This document shows, one piece after another, positions 1 through 10,887 of a stretch of 58,174 bases of DNA. The position numbers and the translations under genes are program-made. The notes beneath the pieces are model-generated. The model worked only from the letters and a program-made list of their open reading frames with translations. It did no database searches and had not been told where the DNA came from. The DNA comes from a candidate division NPL-UPA2 bacterium Unc8 (GTDB lineage Bacteria; NPL-UPA2). The stretch covers positions 1-58,174 of the forward strand of contig NDHY01000006.1 in assembly GCA_003574845.1 (NCBI GenBank), written 5' to 3'. Position 1 is the stretch's first letter; every line of letters begins with the position of its first letter.

Positions 1-84
1 ACAGACAGGAAAGATTTCCCCAAACCCAGTCCTCTAATCAATTTTTATAGGGCTAACGAGATTGTTTTTGTATAGAATAAAATT

Positions 85-1203
85 ATGAAAAAAATAATAG
101 TAGTTCTTACTGCTCTTGCCTTAATTTCATTTACTGTTGGTTGCAACGGGCAAAACATAAATGCAGTAATAACATTTGATTGCCTTAATGGTTTCATCAA
201 GCAAGAAATGGAGTCGAAAAGAATACCCGGCTTATCTGCTAGCATTATAAAAGATGATGAAATAATATGGGTAAATTCATTTGGATACGCAAATATAGCT
301 AACCAGATAAAAGTTTCTGGGGAAACTATATTTATGGTGGCTTCAGTATCAAAGCCGGTTGTGGCAACTGCAATTATGCAATTATATGAAAAAGGGAGGC
401 TTGATTTAGATGATAATGTCAATGATTATTTGCCATTTCAGGTTATAAACCCGAATTACCCGAATGAACATATTACCTTCAGGATGCTACTTGCCCATAC
501 CTCCAGTATAAATGATAATGATTACGAGGTTTATAGCTGGGGCAAAGATTCCCCCGTCGCTTTAGGCGATTTTCTACGCGATTATTTTGTGCCTGGTGGC
601 GAGCACTATTCAGAAGTAGAAAATTTTCATAAAAGTAAACCGGGCACTTATTACGATTATTCCAATGTTGGCTTTGCTCTCCTGGGATATTTAGTTGAAA
701 ACATTTCAGGCAAGCCCTTTGATGAGTATTGTAAAGAAAACATATTTATTCCATTGGGAATGACCAGCACTGCATGGAAATTAAAAGATATTGACATCAG
801 CCGAAAAGCAGTTCCTTACAATACAGATTGGCAGCCATATCAACACTATACTTTTGCCGATTATCCAGCCGGGCAATTAATGACAACAATTAATGATATT
901 TCAAATTTCTTATTGGCATATATACGGGGCGGCGCCATCAATGGCAGGCAGTTGCTGCTGAGTTCAACTATTGAATTAATGAAAGACAGGCAGTTTACCG
1001 AAGTGCAGAACGTATTTGGGCTTGGATGGTATTATGATTCAAGAATTGGTCAGGAATTATTTGGGCATATAGGAATAGAAATGGGAATCAGGACTGTTAT
1101 GTTTTTTAACCCTGAAACAAATATAGGCGGCATAATCCTCTCCAATGGAGAAGATGTTGATTTATTTCCAATATTGGAGCAAATGTTTAAAGCAACTAAA
1201 TAA
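85..1203 (+). CDS. Serine hydrolase, beta-lactamase class C/PBP-like family, probable lipoprotein
   Basis: SxxK (ASVSK), YxN (YDYSN), LLAHTSS and C-terminal GHIG motifs; N-terminal MKK-hydrophobic-TVGC lipobox-like signal. Confidence 0.85.
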   Translation: MKKIIVVLTALALISFTVGCNGQNINAVITFDCLNGFIKQEMESKRIPGLSASIIKDDEIIWVNSFGYANIANQIKVSGETIFMVASVSKPVVATAIMQLYEKGRLDLDDNVNDYLPFQVINPNYPNEHITFRMLLAHTSSINDNDYEVYSWGKDSPVALGDFLRDYFVPGGEHYSEVENFHKSKPGTYYDYSNVGFALLGYLVENISGKPFDEYCKENIFIPLGMTSTAWKLKDIDISRKAVPYNTDWQPYQHYTFADYPAGQLMTTINDISNFLLAYIRGGAINGRQLLLSSTIELMKDRQFTEVQNVFGLGWYYDSRIGQELFGHIGIEMGIRTVMFFNPETNIGGIILSNGEDVDLFPILEQMFKATK

Positions 1204-1240
1204 AAATACATTTGTTGACTGATTTTCCCTGAACGGAACG

Positions 1241-2230
1241 ATGAGACATATTATACAAAACTACAAGCATTATCCGGGCTATCATTGTGGTTCTTCAGGG
1301 CTCAGAAACCTCCTGAGTTACTGTGGATGTAACATAAGTGAAGATATGGTCATAGGTCTGGGTGAGGCTCCGTCTTTTTATTATTTTTCAGATCGTTCTT
1401 TTGACCCTGTCAAGATTATTCATACCAGATTTGGATTTTTTGAAGAAACTTTTATCAAGAACACCGGGCTTCCCTTCATGATTGAGTCCGGGTTAGAGAA
1501 TGCTGAATCGTGGCTTGCTGTAAAGGATTATATTAGAGTTGATATACCTGTAATGGCGAGGACAGATATTTTCTACCTCCCTTACTTTGATACAAAAGTT
1601 CATTTTAATGGGCATATAGTTGTTGTTTGGGGATTTGATGAAGAAAATAATGAGGTTTACCTTTCAGATACACTAAGACCGGAGGCTCAGACAGTCAGCA
1701 TAACCGACCTCATTCTGGCAAGTGCGAGTGAGACCCCGCCATATATGAAGAAAAATATAATCTTTACAATTAATAAAAGGATAAATAAAAGCGACATAGA
1801 CATAGTCAGGGTTGCTATCTCTGCCATCCGCTCGTGGGGAGAAAGGCATATTATGAGTGGTGTGGGCATTCAGTCCCTCAAAAATCTAAGAGAAGACCTT
1901 CCAGCGTGGGAAGATGTTGAATCAAGGTCGTGGTGCGAGAGATTTGCTTACCAGCAGATTGAAAAAAGAGGCACCGGAGGCGCTGCTTTTCGTATGCCCT
2001 ACTTAGGATTTTTAGAAGAGTTGAGAGCATACATAAAAGATGCTTCTCTTGATGAGGTTATAGGGCTTTTTTCAAAAAATGTCAAAGTCTGGCACCGACT
2101 CGCTGCTCTTTTTAAGGAAAAAAGTGAAGGCAACTTAAAGGATTATCTTGAGATTACCAGAGTTTTGGAGAATATAATAGAATTGGAGTCAAAAGCAGCA
2201 GAAGTCTGCCGTAATTTTAAAAGGAGGTGA
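1241..2230 (+). CDS. BtrH-like papain-fold (NlpC/P60-like) protein with DUF4872-type C-terminal domain
   Basis: N-terminal HCGSSGLRNLL (Cys), SEDMVIGLG, HFNGHIVVVWGFD (His) and C-terminal GTGGAAFR motif. Confidence 0.7.
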   Translation: MRHIIQNYKHYPGYHCGSSGLRNLLSYCGCNISEDMVIGLGEAPSFYYFSDRSFDPVKIIHTRFGFFEETFIKNTGLPFMIESGLENAESWLAVKDYIRVDIPVMARTDIFYLPYFDTKVHFNGHIVVVWGFDEENNEVYLSDTLRPEAQTVSITDLILASASETPPYMKKNIIFTINKRINKSDIDIVRVAISAIRSWGERHIMSGVGIQSLKNLREDLPAWEDVESRSWCERFAYQQIEKRGTGGAAFRMPYLGFLEELRAYIKDASLDEVIGLFSKNVKVWHRLAALFKEKSEGNLKDYLEITRVLENIIELESKAAEVCRNFKRR

Positions 2231-2237
2231 TTTTAAA

Positions 2238-2672
2238 GTGATAGACCCTAAATTTATAGGCAGGAAGTACTCTCCTATGACTTATGAGGTGTGTAAGGAG
2301 AAAATAAAGGAATATGCCCGGGCAGTGGGCGACTTGAATCCTCTCTATTTGGATGAGGAACAGGCTAAAAGTTCGCAGTATGGCAGGATTATTGCCCCTC
2401 CCCTTTTTGCAGCTATCTATGCCAGGGAAGTGCTGGAAAATTGGGTTCTTGATTCAGAGCTGTCTCTAAATCTGCCGATGATAGTTCATGGTGAGCAGGA
2501 GTTTGAGTTTTTTAAAGTAGTCAAAGCTGGAGATGTAATTGCTACTGAAGGACGTATAGCAGAAATCTATGAAAAGAAAGGGCTGAATTTTATATCGCTG
2601 GAGACTATTTCCATAAATCAACAGGGAGAGGTAGTTACCAGAGCAGTCTGGAGGATGGTTATCAGGAGGTAA
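2238..2672 (+). CDS. MaoC-like hotdog-fold dehydratase partner subunit (HadA/FAS1-dehydratase N-terminal type)
   Basis: KIKEYARAVGDLNPLY, APPLF and VHGEQEFEF motifs; AGGAGG RBS before GTG. Confidence 0.8.
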   Translation: MIDPKFIGRKYSPMTYEVCKEKIKEYARAVGDLNPLYLDEEQAKSSQYGRIIAPPLFAAIYAREVLENWVLDSELSLNLPMIVHGEQEFEFFKVVKAGDVIATEGRIAEIYEKKGLNFISLETISINQQGEVVTRAVWRMVIRR

Positions 2673-2675
2673 ACG

Positions 2676-3077
2676 ATGATTAAGACTAAGGATGTAAAGG
2701 TAGGTGACTCAATTCCCCCTTTGCGAAAGGATGTGGGAAAATATCAGCCGATACTCTATGCAGGAGCCTCGGGGGATTTTAATCCAATTCACATAGACCC
2801 GGAGTGGGGAAAAACCGTTGGTTTGGGAGGAAATATCCTGCATGGGCTCTGTACCATGGCATTTGTTTCTCAGATGAACATTGATTGGCTGGGAGACCCC
2901 GGCCGACTTAAAAAACTTAAGGTACGTTTTGTTAGCCCGGTAAAGCCGGAGGATACAATTACGATAGAAGGGAAGGTGGTCGGAAAAGAAGGAGATGCAA
3001 TTAAGTGCGAAATGTCGGTGAAAAATCAAGAGGGCACAGAAGTAATGATAAATGTAGCCTCTGAGGCAAAACTATGA
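2676..3077 (+). CDS. MaoC family (R)-specific enoyl-CoA hydratase/dehydratase, catalytic subunit
   Basis: Hydratase-2 motif YAGASGDFNPIHID and ILHGLCTM. Confidence 0.85.
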   Translation: MIKTKDVKVGDSIPPLRKDVGKYQPILYAGASGDFNPIHIDPEWGKTVGLGGNILHGLCTMAFVSQMNIDWLGDPGRLKKLKVRFVSPVKPEDTITIEGKVVGKEGDAIKCEMSVKNQEGTEVMINVASEAKL

Positions 3078-4253
3078 CCGCACCTTTAGAAGGAATTAAG
3101 ATTCTGGACCTGACGCGGCTGCTGCCTGGAGCATTCTGTTCAATGATATTAGCAGACTTAGGGGCAGATGTACTCAAGATTGAGGAGCCAGGGAGAGGGG
3201 ATTATGCAAGATGGCTTCCACCTTTTATAAAAAAAGAAAGTTCCAATTTCCTATCTATCAATCGCAACAAAAAAAGCATGATATTGGACCTGAAGCGCGA
3301 AAAGGGGAAAGAAATCTTTCTCAGGCTGGTTAAAGAGCATGATGTTGTTCTGGAAAGTTTCAGGCCAGGGACAATGGACCGTCTTGGGGTCGGCTATGGG
3401 GAGGCAAAAAAGATTAATCCCATGATTATCTTTTGTGCTATCTCTGGCTATGGCCAGGATGGTCCCTACAAAGATATGGTTGGGCATGATATAAACTATC
3501 TCGGAGTTGCCGGAATCCTGGGTATAACTGGTAGCTCTGATGGAACTCCTGTTATCCCTGGAGTGCAGATTGGAGATATCGGGGGTGGAAGCTTAATGGC
3601 AGCTATCGCTATTTTAGGAGCCATCGTTGCCCGGGAAAGAATAAAAAAGGGACAGTTTATTGATATATCTATGACAGATGGGGCTATTTCATGGTTATCC
3701 ATCCACGCTGGCAAATATTTCGCCGATAAGCTAATCCCAACACCGGGAAAGATGCTTTTGAGTGGAGAATTTCCTTGCTATCAAGTCTATCCCACTAAAG
3801 ACAAGAGGTATATCACCGTTGGTGCACTGGAGCCAAAATTCTGGCGGAATCTCTGCCTTGCCATAAGTAGAGAGGACTTGATAGTGCATCAATTTGCTGC
3901 TGGTGAGGAAGGAGAGGGAGTAACGAAGGAAATTCAAGATATCTTTCTTGCCAAAACCCAAAAGGAATGGCTGGAAACTTTTGAAGGGCTTGAGGTCTGT
4001 TGTGGTCCAGTCAATACTCTTGAGGAAGTCTTCTCTGATTCTCAATGTACTTCATCGGGAGATGCTTGCTGAGATTGAGCATCCCACTGAAGGAAAAATC
4101 AAACAGATTGGAATCCCGATGAAGTTTTCTGAAACCCCGGGCAGGATTAAAGCTCCACCCCCTGGTTTTGGTGAGCACACCGAGATGGTTCTTAAGACGC
4201 TAAAATTTACCAGGGAGGAAATTGAGAAATTAAAAGAGGAAAAAATTATATAA
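3074..4253 (+). pseudogene. CaiB/BaiF family III CoA-transferase, frameshifted
   Basis: LEGIKILDLTRLLPG, LADLGADVLKIE, NRNKKS and GHDINY motifs. The C-terminus (VLHREMLAEIEHP...PPPGFGEHT) continues in another frame after one extra base at about 4046 (CAA-T-GTA). Confidence 0.8.
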
Positions 4254-5206
4254 AACCTATAGCAAACATATGCCAGATAAGGCTTCCTCTTCCTTTTGCG
4301 CTTGACCACATCAACTGTTATGCAATTAAGGGGAATACAGGGTGGAGCCTAATTGATACCGGGCTCAATTACCAGCCCTCACAGATAGCATGGAAAGAGG
4401 CGCTTGCCGGACACGAGATAGCTCTTGATAACATTAAGGCTATTTATCTTACTCATTATCATCCCGACCACTTCGGGTGCGCTGGCTGGCTGCAAAAGCC
4501 TTCAGGGGCATCGGTGTTTATCTCATCAACGGATGAGAAAAGAGCGAAGCGCGTCTGGTTAAACTACCGGGGCGGAGACGATATTTACTCTGCCTTTTTT
4601 CTAAGATGCGGTCTGCCGCCACAGGAAATTAGTGAGATAGTTAACCACATGCAGCTCATTCTTCCCTTTGTACAGCCGTATCCTGAGCTGAAGACGGTAG
4701 AGGAAGGAGAGCTTATAACCCTGGGAGATGATAGATATGTAGCTATTCACACCCCCGGCCACTCTGATGGTCATCTCTGCTTTTATTGCAAGGAAAATGG
4801 TGTTATGTTTTCTGGTGACCATCTACTTCCTCACATCACTTCTAATATCAGTCTCTGGCCGGGAGCTGCCTCTGACCCGTTAAGTGACTATCTTTCCTCC
4901 CTGAAAAAAGTAAAGACTCTTAATTCAAAATTAGTTTTGCCGGCGCATGGCTCCTCTTTTACAAATGCCGGGGAAAGAGTTAGTGAGCTTGAGGAGCACC
5001 ACCACCAGCGGTTAAAAAAAATCCTCTCTCTTGCTCGAAGCGGAGCCACTGCCTATGAGATTTGTCTGAGGCTCTTTGGAGAAGACCTCCCCCTTCAGGA
5101 AAAGCGGTTCGCTCTGGGAGAGACCCTTGCCCATCTGGTATACCTTCAGAGAAGGTGCAAATTAGAGTGTAGAGCAAGGAACGGAGTTACTTACTATTCA
5201 AATTAA
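4250..5206 (+). CDS. MBL-fold metallo-hydrolase (glyoxalase II-like) with C-terminal winged helix; start is ATA or lost
   Basis: The frame of ORF 4514 is open back to 4226 and encodes RLPLPFALDHINCY, LIDTG and THYHPDH (HxHxDH). TPGHS, FSGDH and PAHG follow. No ATG/GTG/TTG before 4514; ATA at 4250 has GAGGA 9 nt upstream. Confidence 0.75.
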   Translation: MKPIANICQIRLPLPFALDHINCYAIKGNTGWSLIDTGLNYQPSQIAWKEALAGHEIALDNIKAIYLTHYHPDHFGCAGWLQKPSGASVFISSTDEKRAKRVWLNYRGGDDIYSAFFLRCGLPPQEISEIVNHMQLILPFVQPYPELKTVEEGELITLGDDRYVAIHTPGHSDGHLCFYCKENGVMFSGDHLLPHITSNISLWPGAASDPLSDYLSSLKKVKTLNSKLVLPAHGSSFTNAGERVSELEEHHHQRLKKILSLARSGATAYEICLRLFGEDLPLQEKRFALGETLAHLVYLQRRCKLECRARNGVTYYSN

Positions 5207-5383
5207 TTCAATTTTATTTTATTGAGAGGAAAGCTGTTGAGATTAGCGAGGATGGGTAATTTAATTTTTTGACAAACTGGAAGATATTTACTGTATTGTC
5301 TAAACTGTGGTTAAAGATGCCTAACCCAACCTGGAGTTTCAAAATGCAAAAGTGCCCGTGTCTCTAATGTCTGAATTGCATAG

Positions 5384-5403
5384 AAATCTGTGTAATCAGA
5401 TTT
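5384..5403. promoter_or_regulatory. Palindromic operator-like site upstream of the fadN-like gene
   Basis: AAATCTG-N6-CAGATTT inverted repeat directly before the AGGAGA RBS. Confidence 0.3.
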
Positions 5404-5421
5404 ATATATAAGGAGATTCAT

Positions 5422-7854
5422 ATGAAGAGGAAAATAAGGAAAGTGGCAGTGCTTGGCGCAGGTGTGATGGGGAGTGGGATAGCTGCCCATCTGGCAAATG
5501 CAGACATTCCTACCTGTCTTTTGGACATTGTCCCGAAGGAACTTAGCGAAGAGGATGTGAAGAAAGGATTAACCAAGGAAAGCCCTGCCTTCAGGAACAA
5601 ATTTGCGTTAATGGGCATAGAGAATGCGCTAAAGGCAAGACCGGCCGCATTCTATGTGCCAGAAGATGCCAGGCTCATTACCCCGGGCAATTTTGACGAC
5701 CATATGCACTGGTTGCAAGAAGCGGATTGGATTATTGAAGTGGTAATGGAGAATCTGGAGATAAAGAAGGGGTTATTCAAAAAAGTTGAAGAGGTCAGGA
5801 AACCAGGAGCTATTGTTAGCACTAATACCTTAGGAATATCAATAGATGCGATGTCCGAGGAATTATCAGAGGAGTTCAGAGAGCATTTTTTGGGAACCCA
5901 TTTTTTCAACCCACCAAGGTATATGAGGCTCATTGAGCTCATTGAAGGAAAATCTACTAAGAAAGAGATATTGTCCTTTATGACAGACTTCTGCGAATGG
6001 AGACTGGGTAAGGGGGTTGTCTTTGCTAAAGATACTCCAAACTTTATTGCCAATAGAATTGGTGCCTATGGCATAATAACAGTTATGAGAACTATGGTAG
6101 AAGATGGTTATACCGTAGAAGAAGTTGATGCGATAACAGGTCCTGCCATGGGAAGGCCAAAGAGTGCAACTTTTAGAACAGCCGACCTTGTTGGTCTGGA
6201 TGTTTTTGCTCATGTAGCAAAGAATGTATATGACAACATAGAAGATGAAAATGAAAAAAAAGAATTCGTCGTTCCAGAACTTATAACCAAGATGGTGGAA
6301 ATGGGTCTTCTTGGTGAGAAGGTAAAGCAGGGATTTTACAAAAAGGTAAAAACAGAAGAAGGTTCTGAAATATATTCACTGGACTACAATACTATGGATT
6401 ATATTCCGTGCAGGAAAGTAGATTTTCCTTCTCTTAAGGATATCAAGCGGATGGAAGGACTTGCAAAGAAATTAAAGACTCTGGTTTACTGCGAAGATAG
6501 AGCGGGTCAGTTTGCCTGGAAGGTAATGAAAGATGTGCTGCTTTACAGTGCCAGGAGAATTCCTGAGATAGCAGATGACATATTAAAAATAGATGAAGCT
6601 ATGAAATGGGGATTCAACTGGGAGCTTGGTCCCTTTGCAACCTGGGATGCCATAGGCGTCAAAGAATCTGTTGAGAGAATGGAGAAAGAAGGGGAAGAAA
6701 TACCGGAAAATGTAAAACAGATGCTCCTCTCGGGAAAGGAGCGATTCTACGAAAAGAAAGATGGGAAATCCTGTTACTTTGACTTTAAGAAATCAGACTA
6801 TGAGGAGATTGAAGAAAAGTCACAAATTATTATTCTTCCTTCCCTGAAAGAAAGAGAAAAACTGATTAAGTCCAATTCTGAGGCAAGCTTAATTGATCTG
6901 GGAGACGGAGTTGCCTGCCTGGAATTCCATTCTCCAATAAATTCCATTGGAGCTGAGTTGACTGATATGATGAGCTACAGTGTAGGAGAGGTAGAGGAGA
7001 ACTTTGAAGGACTCCTTATCGGCAACCATGGCCGCAACTTCTGTGTGGGAGCAAATTTAATGCTTCTTCTTATGGGAGCCCAAAGTCAACAGTGGGAGCA
7101 AATACGATTTATGGTGCAACAACTTCAGGGCGCTCTCATGCGGCTCAAGTGATCAGAAAAACCGGTAGTGGCAGCTCCATCCGGCATGGCATTAGGCGGC
7201 GGATGTGAAATTTGCATGGCTGCCGGCAAGGTAAGAGCTTATGCTGAATCCTACATAGGACTGGTAGAGGTGGGAGTAGGGCTCATTCCTGCCGCGGGCG
7301 GCTGCAAGGAGTTGCTTCTAAGAAACATTGAATGGGCGCCTCTTGCAGTTCCCAGCGCATCTCCTGCGGGAATCCCACCTGACCTTATTCCCTATGTAGC
7401 GAGAGCCTTTGAAACTATCGCTATGGCAAAAGTGGCTACAAGCGCCAGGGATGCTCAGAGATTATGGTATCTAAGACAGCAGGATAAGTGGACAATGAAT
7501 CAGGATTACTTTCTGCACGATGCTAAAGAGACAGTGCTTGCTATGGTGAAGGAAGGATACCGTCCGTATCGGCCCAAAGATGATATCAGGATAACAAGCA
7601 GAACAGGCAGAGCGCTCCTTGAGCTCTCAATCTACACGATGAAAGAGGGGAGATATATATCTGACTATGATGCCCACATTGCCAAAAAACTCGCCTATGT
7701 ATTAACCGGCGGAGATTTGGACAAAAATACCCTGGTAAGCGAGAAATATCTATTGGAACTTGAAATGGAGGTGTTTATCTCGCTCTGTGGAGAGAAGAAG
7801 TCTCAGGACAGGATGAAGCATATATTACAGACCAACAAACCATTGAGGAATTAA
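5422..7854 (+). pseudogene. fadN: 3-hydroxyacyl-CoA dehydrogenase/enoyl-CoA hydratase (FadN-like), in-frame TGA at 7150-7152
   Basis: GAGVMGSGIA, THFFNPPRYM, KDTPNFIANRIG, then a crotonase domain (FCVGANL, ALGGGCE, GLVEVGVGLIP). ORFs 5422-7152 and 7168-7854 are in the same frame (RLK*SEKPVVAAP). Confidence 0.85.
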
Positions 7855-7889
7855 ACTTTACCAGTGGGATGACAAAAGGAGTGGTAGAG

Positions 7890-9071
7890 ATGAGAGAAGC
7901 AGTTATAGTATCGGCAGTGAGGACGGCTATTGGAAGAGCACCAAGGGGAGCATTAAAAGATACGAGACCGGAGCATACTGCCTCGGAGGTTGTAGGAGAA
8001 GCTGTCAGAAGAGCCGATGGGTTGAGTTCAGAGGAGATAGATGATGTAATTCTCGGTTGTGCTTTTCCTGAAGCAGAGGCGGGAATGAATCTGGGTAAAA
8101 TCGTTGCCCTCAAAGCCGGATTTCCTAATTCGGTGCCTGGCGCTACTGTTAATAGATTTTGCTCCTCGGGGCTTGAAGCCATTGCCATTGCTTCGCAGAG
8201 GATTATGTGCGGATTTGCCGATGTGATAGTGGCAGGGGGGGGGTAGAGCATATAAGCTCTGTACCATTGGGAGGGAATAAAATGCTTCCAGACCCGGAAC
8301 TTATGGAAGACTTCCCCGAGGTGTATATAAACATGGGACTTACCGCAGAAAATGTGGCAAAAAAATATAATATAAGCAGAGAGGAACAGGACAGATTTGC
8401 TTTTGAAAGTCAACAAAAAGCAGATAAGGCATTAAAGGATAAGAAATTCACAGAGCAAATTCTGCCACTAAAGCTGACAAAGAGGAGCTTTAAAAATGGA
8501 AAGGCAGTGAAAAAAGAGATAATCTTTGACACAGATGAATCCGTAAGGCCTGATACTTCTATGGAGGCTCTATCAAAGCTAAGACCGGTTTTTCGCGCCA
8601 AAGGTACGGTGACTGCGGGAAATTCTTGCCCAATGAATGATGGGGCAGCGGCAGTAGTGATTACCTCAAGAGAAAAAGCCAGGGAGTTAGGATTGAAGCC
8701 GATGGGTGTATTCAGATCGTATGCTGTGGGTGGAGTTGCCCCTGAGTTAATGGGAATAGGGCCTGTAGTGGCTGTTCCCAAAACATTGAAGCATATAGGC
8801 ATCACTATAGATCAAGTTGACCTTATAGAGCTAAATGAGGCATTTGCCTCTCAATCGTTATATGTAGTCAAAACCCTGAGAATTGACCCGAATAAGTTAA
8901 ATGTAAACGGTGGTTCTATTGCTTTAGGACATCCATTAGGCTGCACCGGGGCATATCTGACTACAAAAACTGCTTTATGAGATGGAAAATAGAAAAGCAA
9001 GGTTTGGATTGATTACTATGTGTATTGGCGGCGGTATGGGAGCCGCAGGCGTATTTGAGAGAGAAGAATAG
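7890..9071 (+). pseudogene. fadA: Acetyl-CoA C-acyltransferase (thiolase), two frameshifts
   Basis: NRFCSSG, NEAFA, GHPLG and MCIGGGMG motifs lie in three segments; shifts at the G9 run 8235-8243 and the A5 run 8965-8969. Confidence 0.85.
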
Positions 9072-9086
9072 AGAAAGGAGGAAGCC

Positions 9087-10871
9087 GTGGAAGGGAAGGA
9101 AATTAGAAAGGGAGGTTCATTTCTGTGGGAAGAAATATCTTCACAGGAGATATTTACATCTGAGGACTTCACCGAAGAGCACAAGTTGATAATTAAAACC
9201 GCAGAGGACTTTATAGAAAACGAAGTATTGCCGCACATGGAAGAGATAGAGCACAAAGACTTTGAATTGACCATTAAACTGATGCGGATGGCGGGAAAGT
9301 TAGGATTTTTGGGGGCGGATATAGATGAAGAGTATGGTGGCGATCCACTGGGTAAGATAGGCTCGTTATTAATCAATGAATATACGGCACCGGGCGCTTC
9401 TTTTGCCTTAACTATGGGTGCTCATACTGGGATTGGGACAATGCCCATTGTGTTCTTTGGAACCAAATCCCAGAAGGAGAAGTACCTTCCTTCCCTGGCA
9501 ACTGGAGAAAAGATTGGGGCATACGCCCTTACCGAGCCTATGGCAGGCTCTGACGCTATGGCGATAGCAACCAAGGCAACCCTGTCTGATGATGGCAAAT
9601 ACTATCTGCTTAGTGGCGAAAAGCAGTTTATTACCAACGCTGGATTTGCTGATATTATTATCATCTATGCCAAGGTTGATGGCGACAAATTCACTGCCTT
9701 TATTGTAGAGAAGAATTTTGAAGGGGTATCCATCGGCGAGGAAGAGAAGAAAATGGGGATTCGTGGTTCCTCCACCGCCAACGTAATACTTGATGAGGCT
9801 AAAGTGCCGGTAGAGAATGTCCTCTTTGAAATTGGCAAAGGACATACAGTAGCGTTTAACATCCTTGATTTGGGAAGATTTAAACTTGGAGGAGGGGCAA
9901 CTGGAGGGGCAAAAAAGGCAATTGAGGTAGCGGTAAAATATGCCAAGGAAAGGGTGCAGTTTGGGAAGCCCATATGCCAATTTGGATTAATAAAACACAA
10001 GCTTGCTGAGATGGCAATCAAGACATATATAGCGGAGAGTATAACTTACCGAACCGGTGGTCTTATAGATAAGATACTTACCACTGTAGATATAAATGCT
10101 GAGGATTCTGGCAGGCAGACCGCAAAGTGCATATCGGAATATTCTGTTGAGTGTTCCATTACCAAGGTCTACTGCTCAGAGGTGCTGGATTATGTCGCTG
10201 ATGAGACGCTCCAGATACACGGTGGCTATGGTTATACTGAGGAATATCCTGCAGAACAAATTTATAGAGATTCCAGGATAAACAGGATATTTGAAGGGAC
10301 AAATGAAATAAACAGGCTTATCATACCCGGGTGGCTCATGAGACGTGCATTAAAAGGCGAGATACCTTTTCTCTCTGTAGTCCAGAAGCTCTTCGGTGAG
10401 CTGCCGACCATAGAGCCTGTCTCCCCCAGCACAGAAGATGGGCACCTTGGATATCAGAAGAAGCTCGTGGATATGGCGAAGAAGATAGCCCTTCTTACCA
10501 CCGGGGCAGCAGGACAGAAATATGGAAAAGAAATAATAGAGGAGCAGGAGGTTCTGGGGTTCCTGAGTGAGATTATAATAGAGACTTATGCTATGGAAAG
10601 TGGTCTCTTGAGAGCGCTTAAGTCTATAGAATCTTCTGGGATTGAGGCGTCAAAGATAAAGATAAATATGGCAAAGGTTTATATAAATGATGCTATGAAG
10701 AGGATAGATGATTATGCCAGCCAGGTATTTGCTGCTATGGAGAAAGAGGATACTCTTCATACTCAGCTTGGAGTGCTGAGGAAGCTCTCCGGGCTCATTC
10801 CCATAAACACTGTAGAGGGAAGGAGAAATATCGCCGACAGGATTATAGAGGTGGAACGATATATATGTTAA
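9087..10871 (+). CDS. fadE: Acyl-CoA dehydrogenase (FadE/long-chain type with C-terminal extension)
   Basis: YALTEPMAGSDA, GEKQFITNA, KMGIRGS, QIHGGYGY and RIFEGTNEINR motifs. Confidence 0.9.
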   Translation: MEGKEIRKGGSFLWEEISSQEIFTSEDFTEEHKLIIKTAEDFIENEVLPHMEEIEHKDFELTIKLMRMAGKLGFLGADIDEEYGGDPLGKIGSLLINEYTAPGASFALTMGAHTGIGTMPIVFFGTKSQKEKYLPSLATGEKIGAYALTEPMAGSDAMAIATKATLSDDGKYYLLSGEKQFITNAGFADIIIIYAKVDGDKFTAFIVEKNFEGVSIGEEEKKMGIRGSSTANVILDEAKVPVENVLFEIGKGHTVAFNILDLGRFKLGGGATGGAKKAIEVAVKYAKERVQFGKPICQFGLIKHKLAEMAIKTYIAESITYRTGGLIDKILTTVDINAEDSGRQTAKCISEYSVECSITKVYCSEVLDYVADETLQIHGGYGYTEEYPAEQIYRDSRINRIFEGTNEINRLIIPGWLMRRALKGEIPFLSVVQKLFGELPTIEPVSPSTEDGHLGYQKKLVDMAKKIALLTTGAAGQKYGKEIIEEQEVLGFLSEIIIETYAMESGLLRALKSIESSGIEASKIKINMAKVYINDAMKRIDDYASQVFAAMEKEDTLHTQLGVLRKLSGLIPINTVEGRRNIADRIIEVERYIC

Positions 10872-10887
10872 AGGGGGTAAGAAAGAA

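Noticed and set aside
85-1203. Antibiotic-resistance beta-lactamase
   Set aside because: The family motifs are shared by many esterases and peptidases; nothing specifically supports lactamase activity.
5269-5299. Sigma70 promoter at TTGACA upstream of fadN
   Set aside because: No acceptable -10 at 16-18 bp spacing.
7150-7185. Selenocysteine or readthrough at the in-frame TGA of fadN (a weak hairpin CCGG..TGG/CCA..CCGG follows)
   Set aside because: The position is not a catalytic Cys site, the hairpin is not a convincing SECIS, and neighbouring genes carry ordinary inactivating lesions. A nonsense mutation is simpler.
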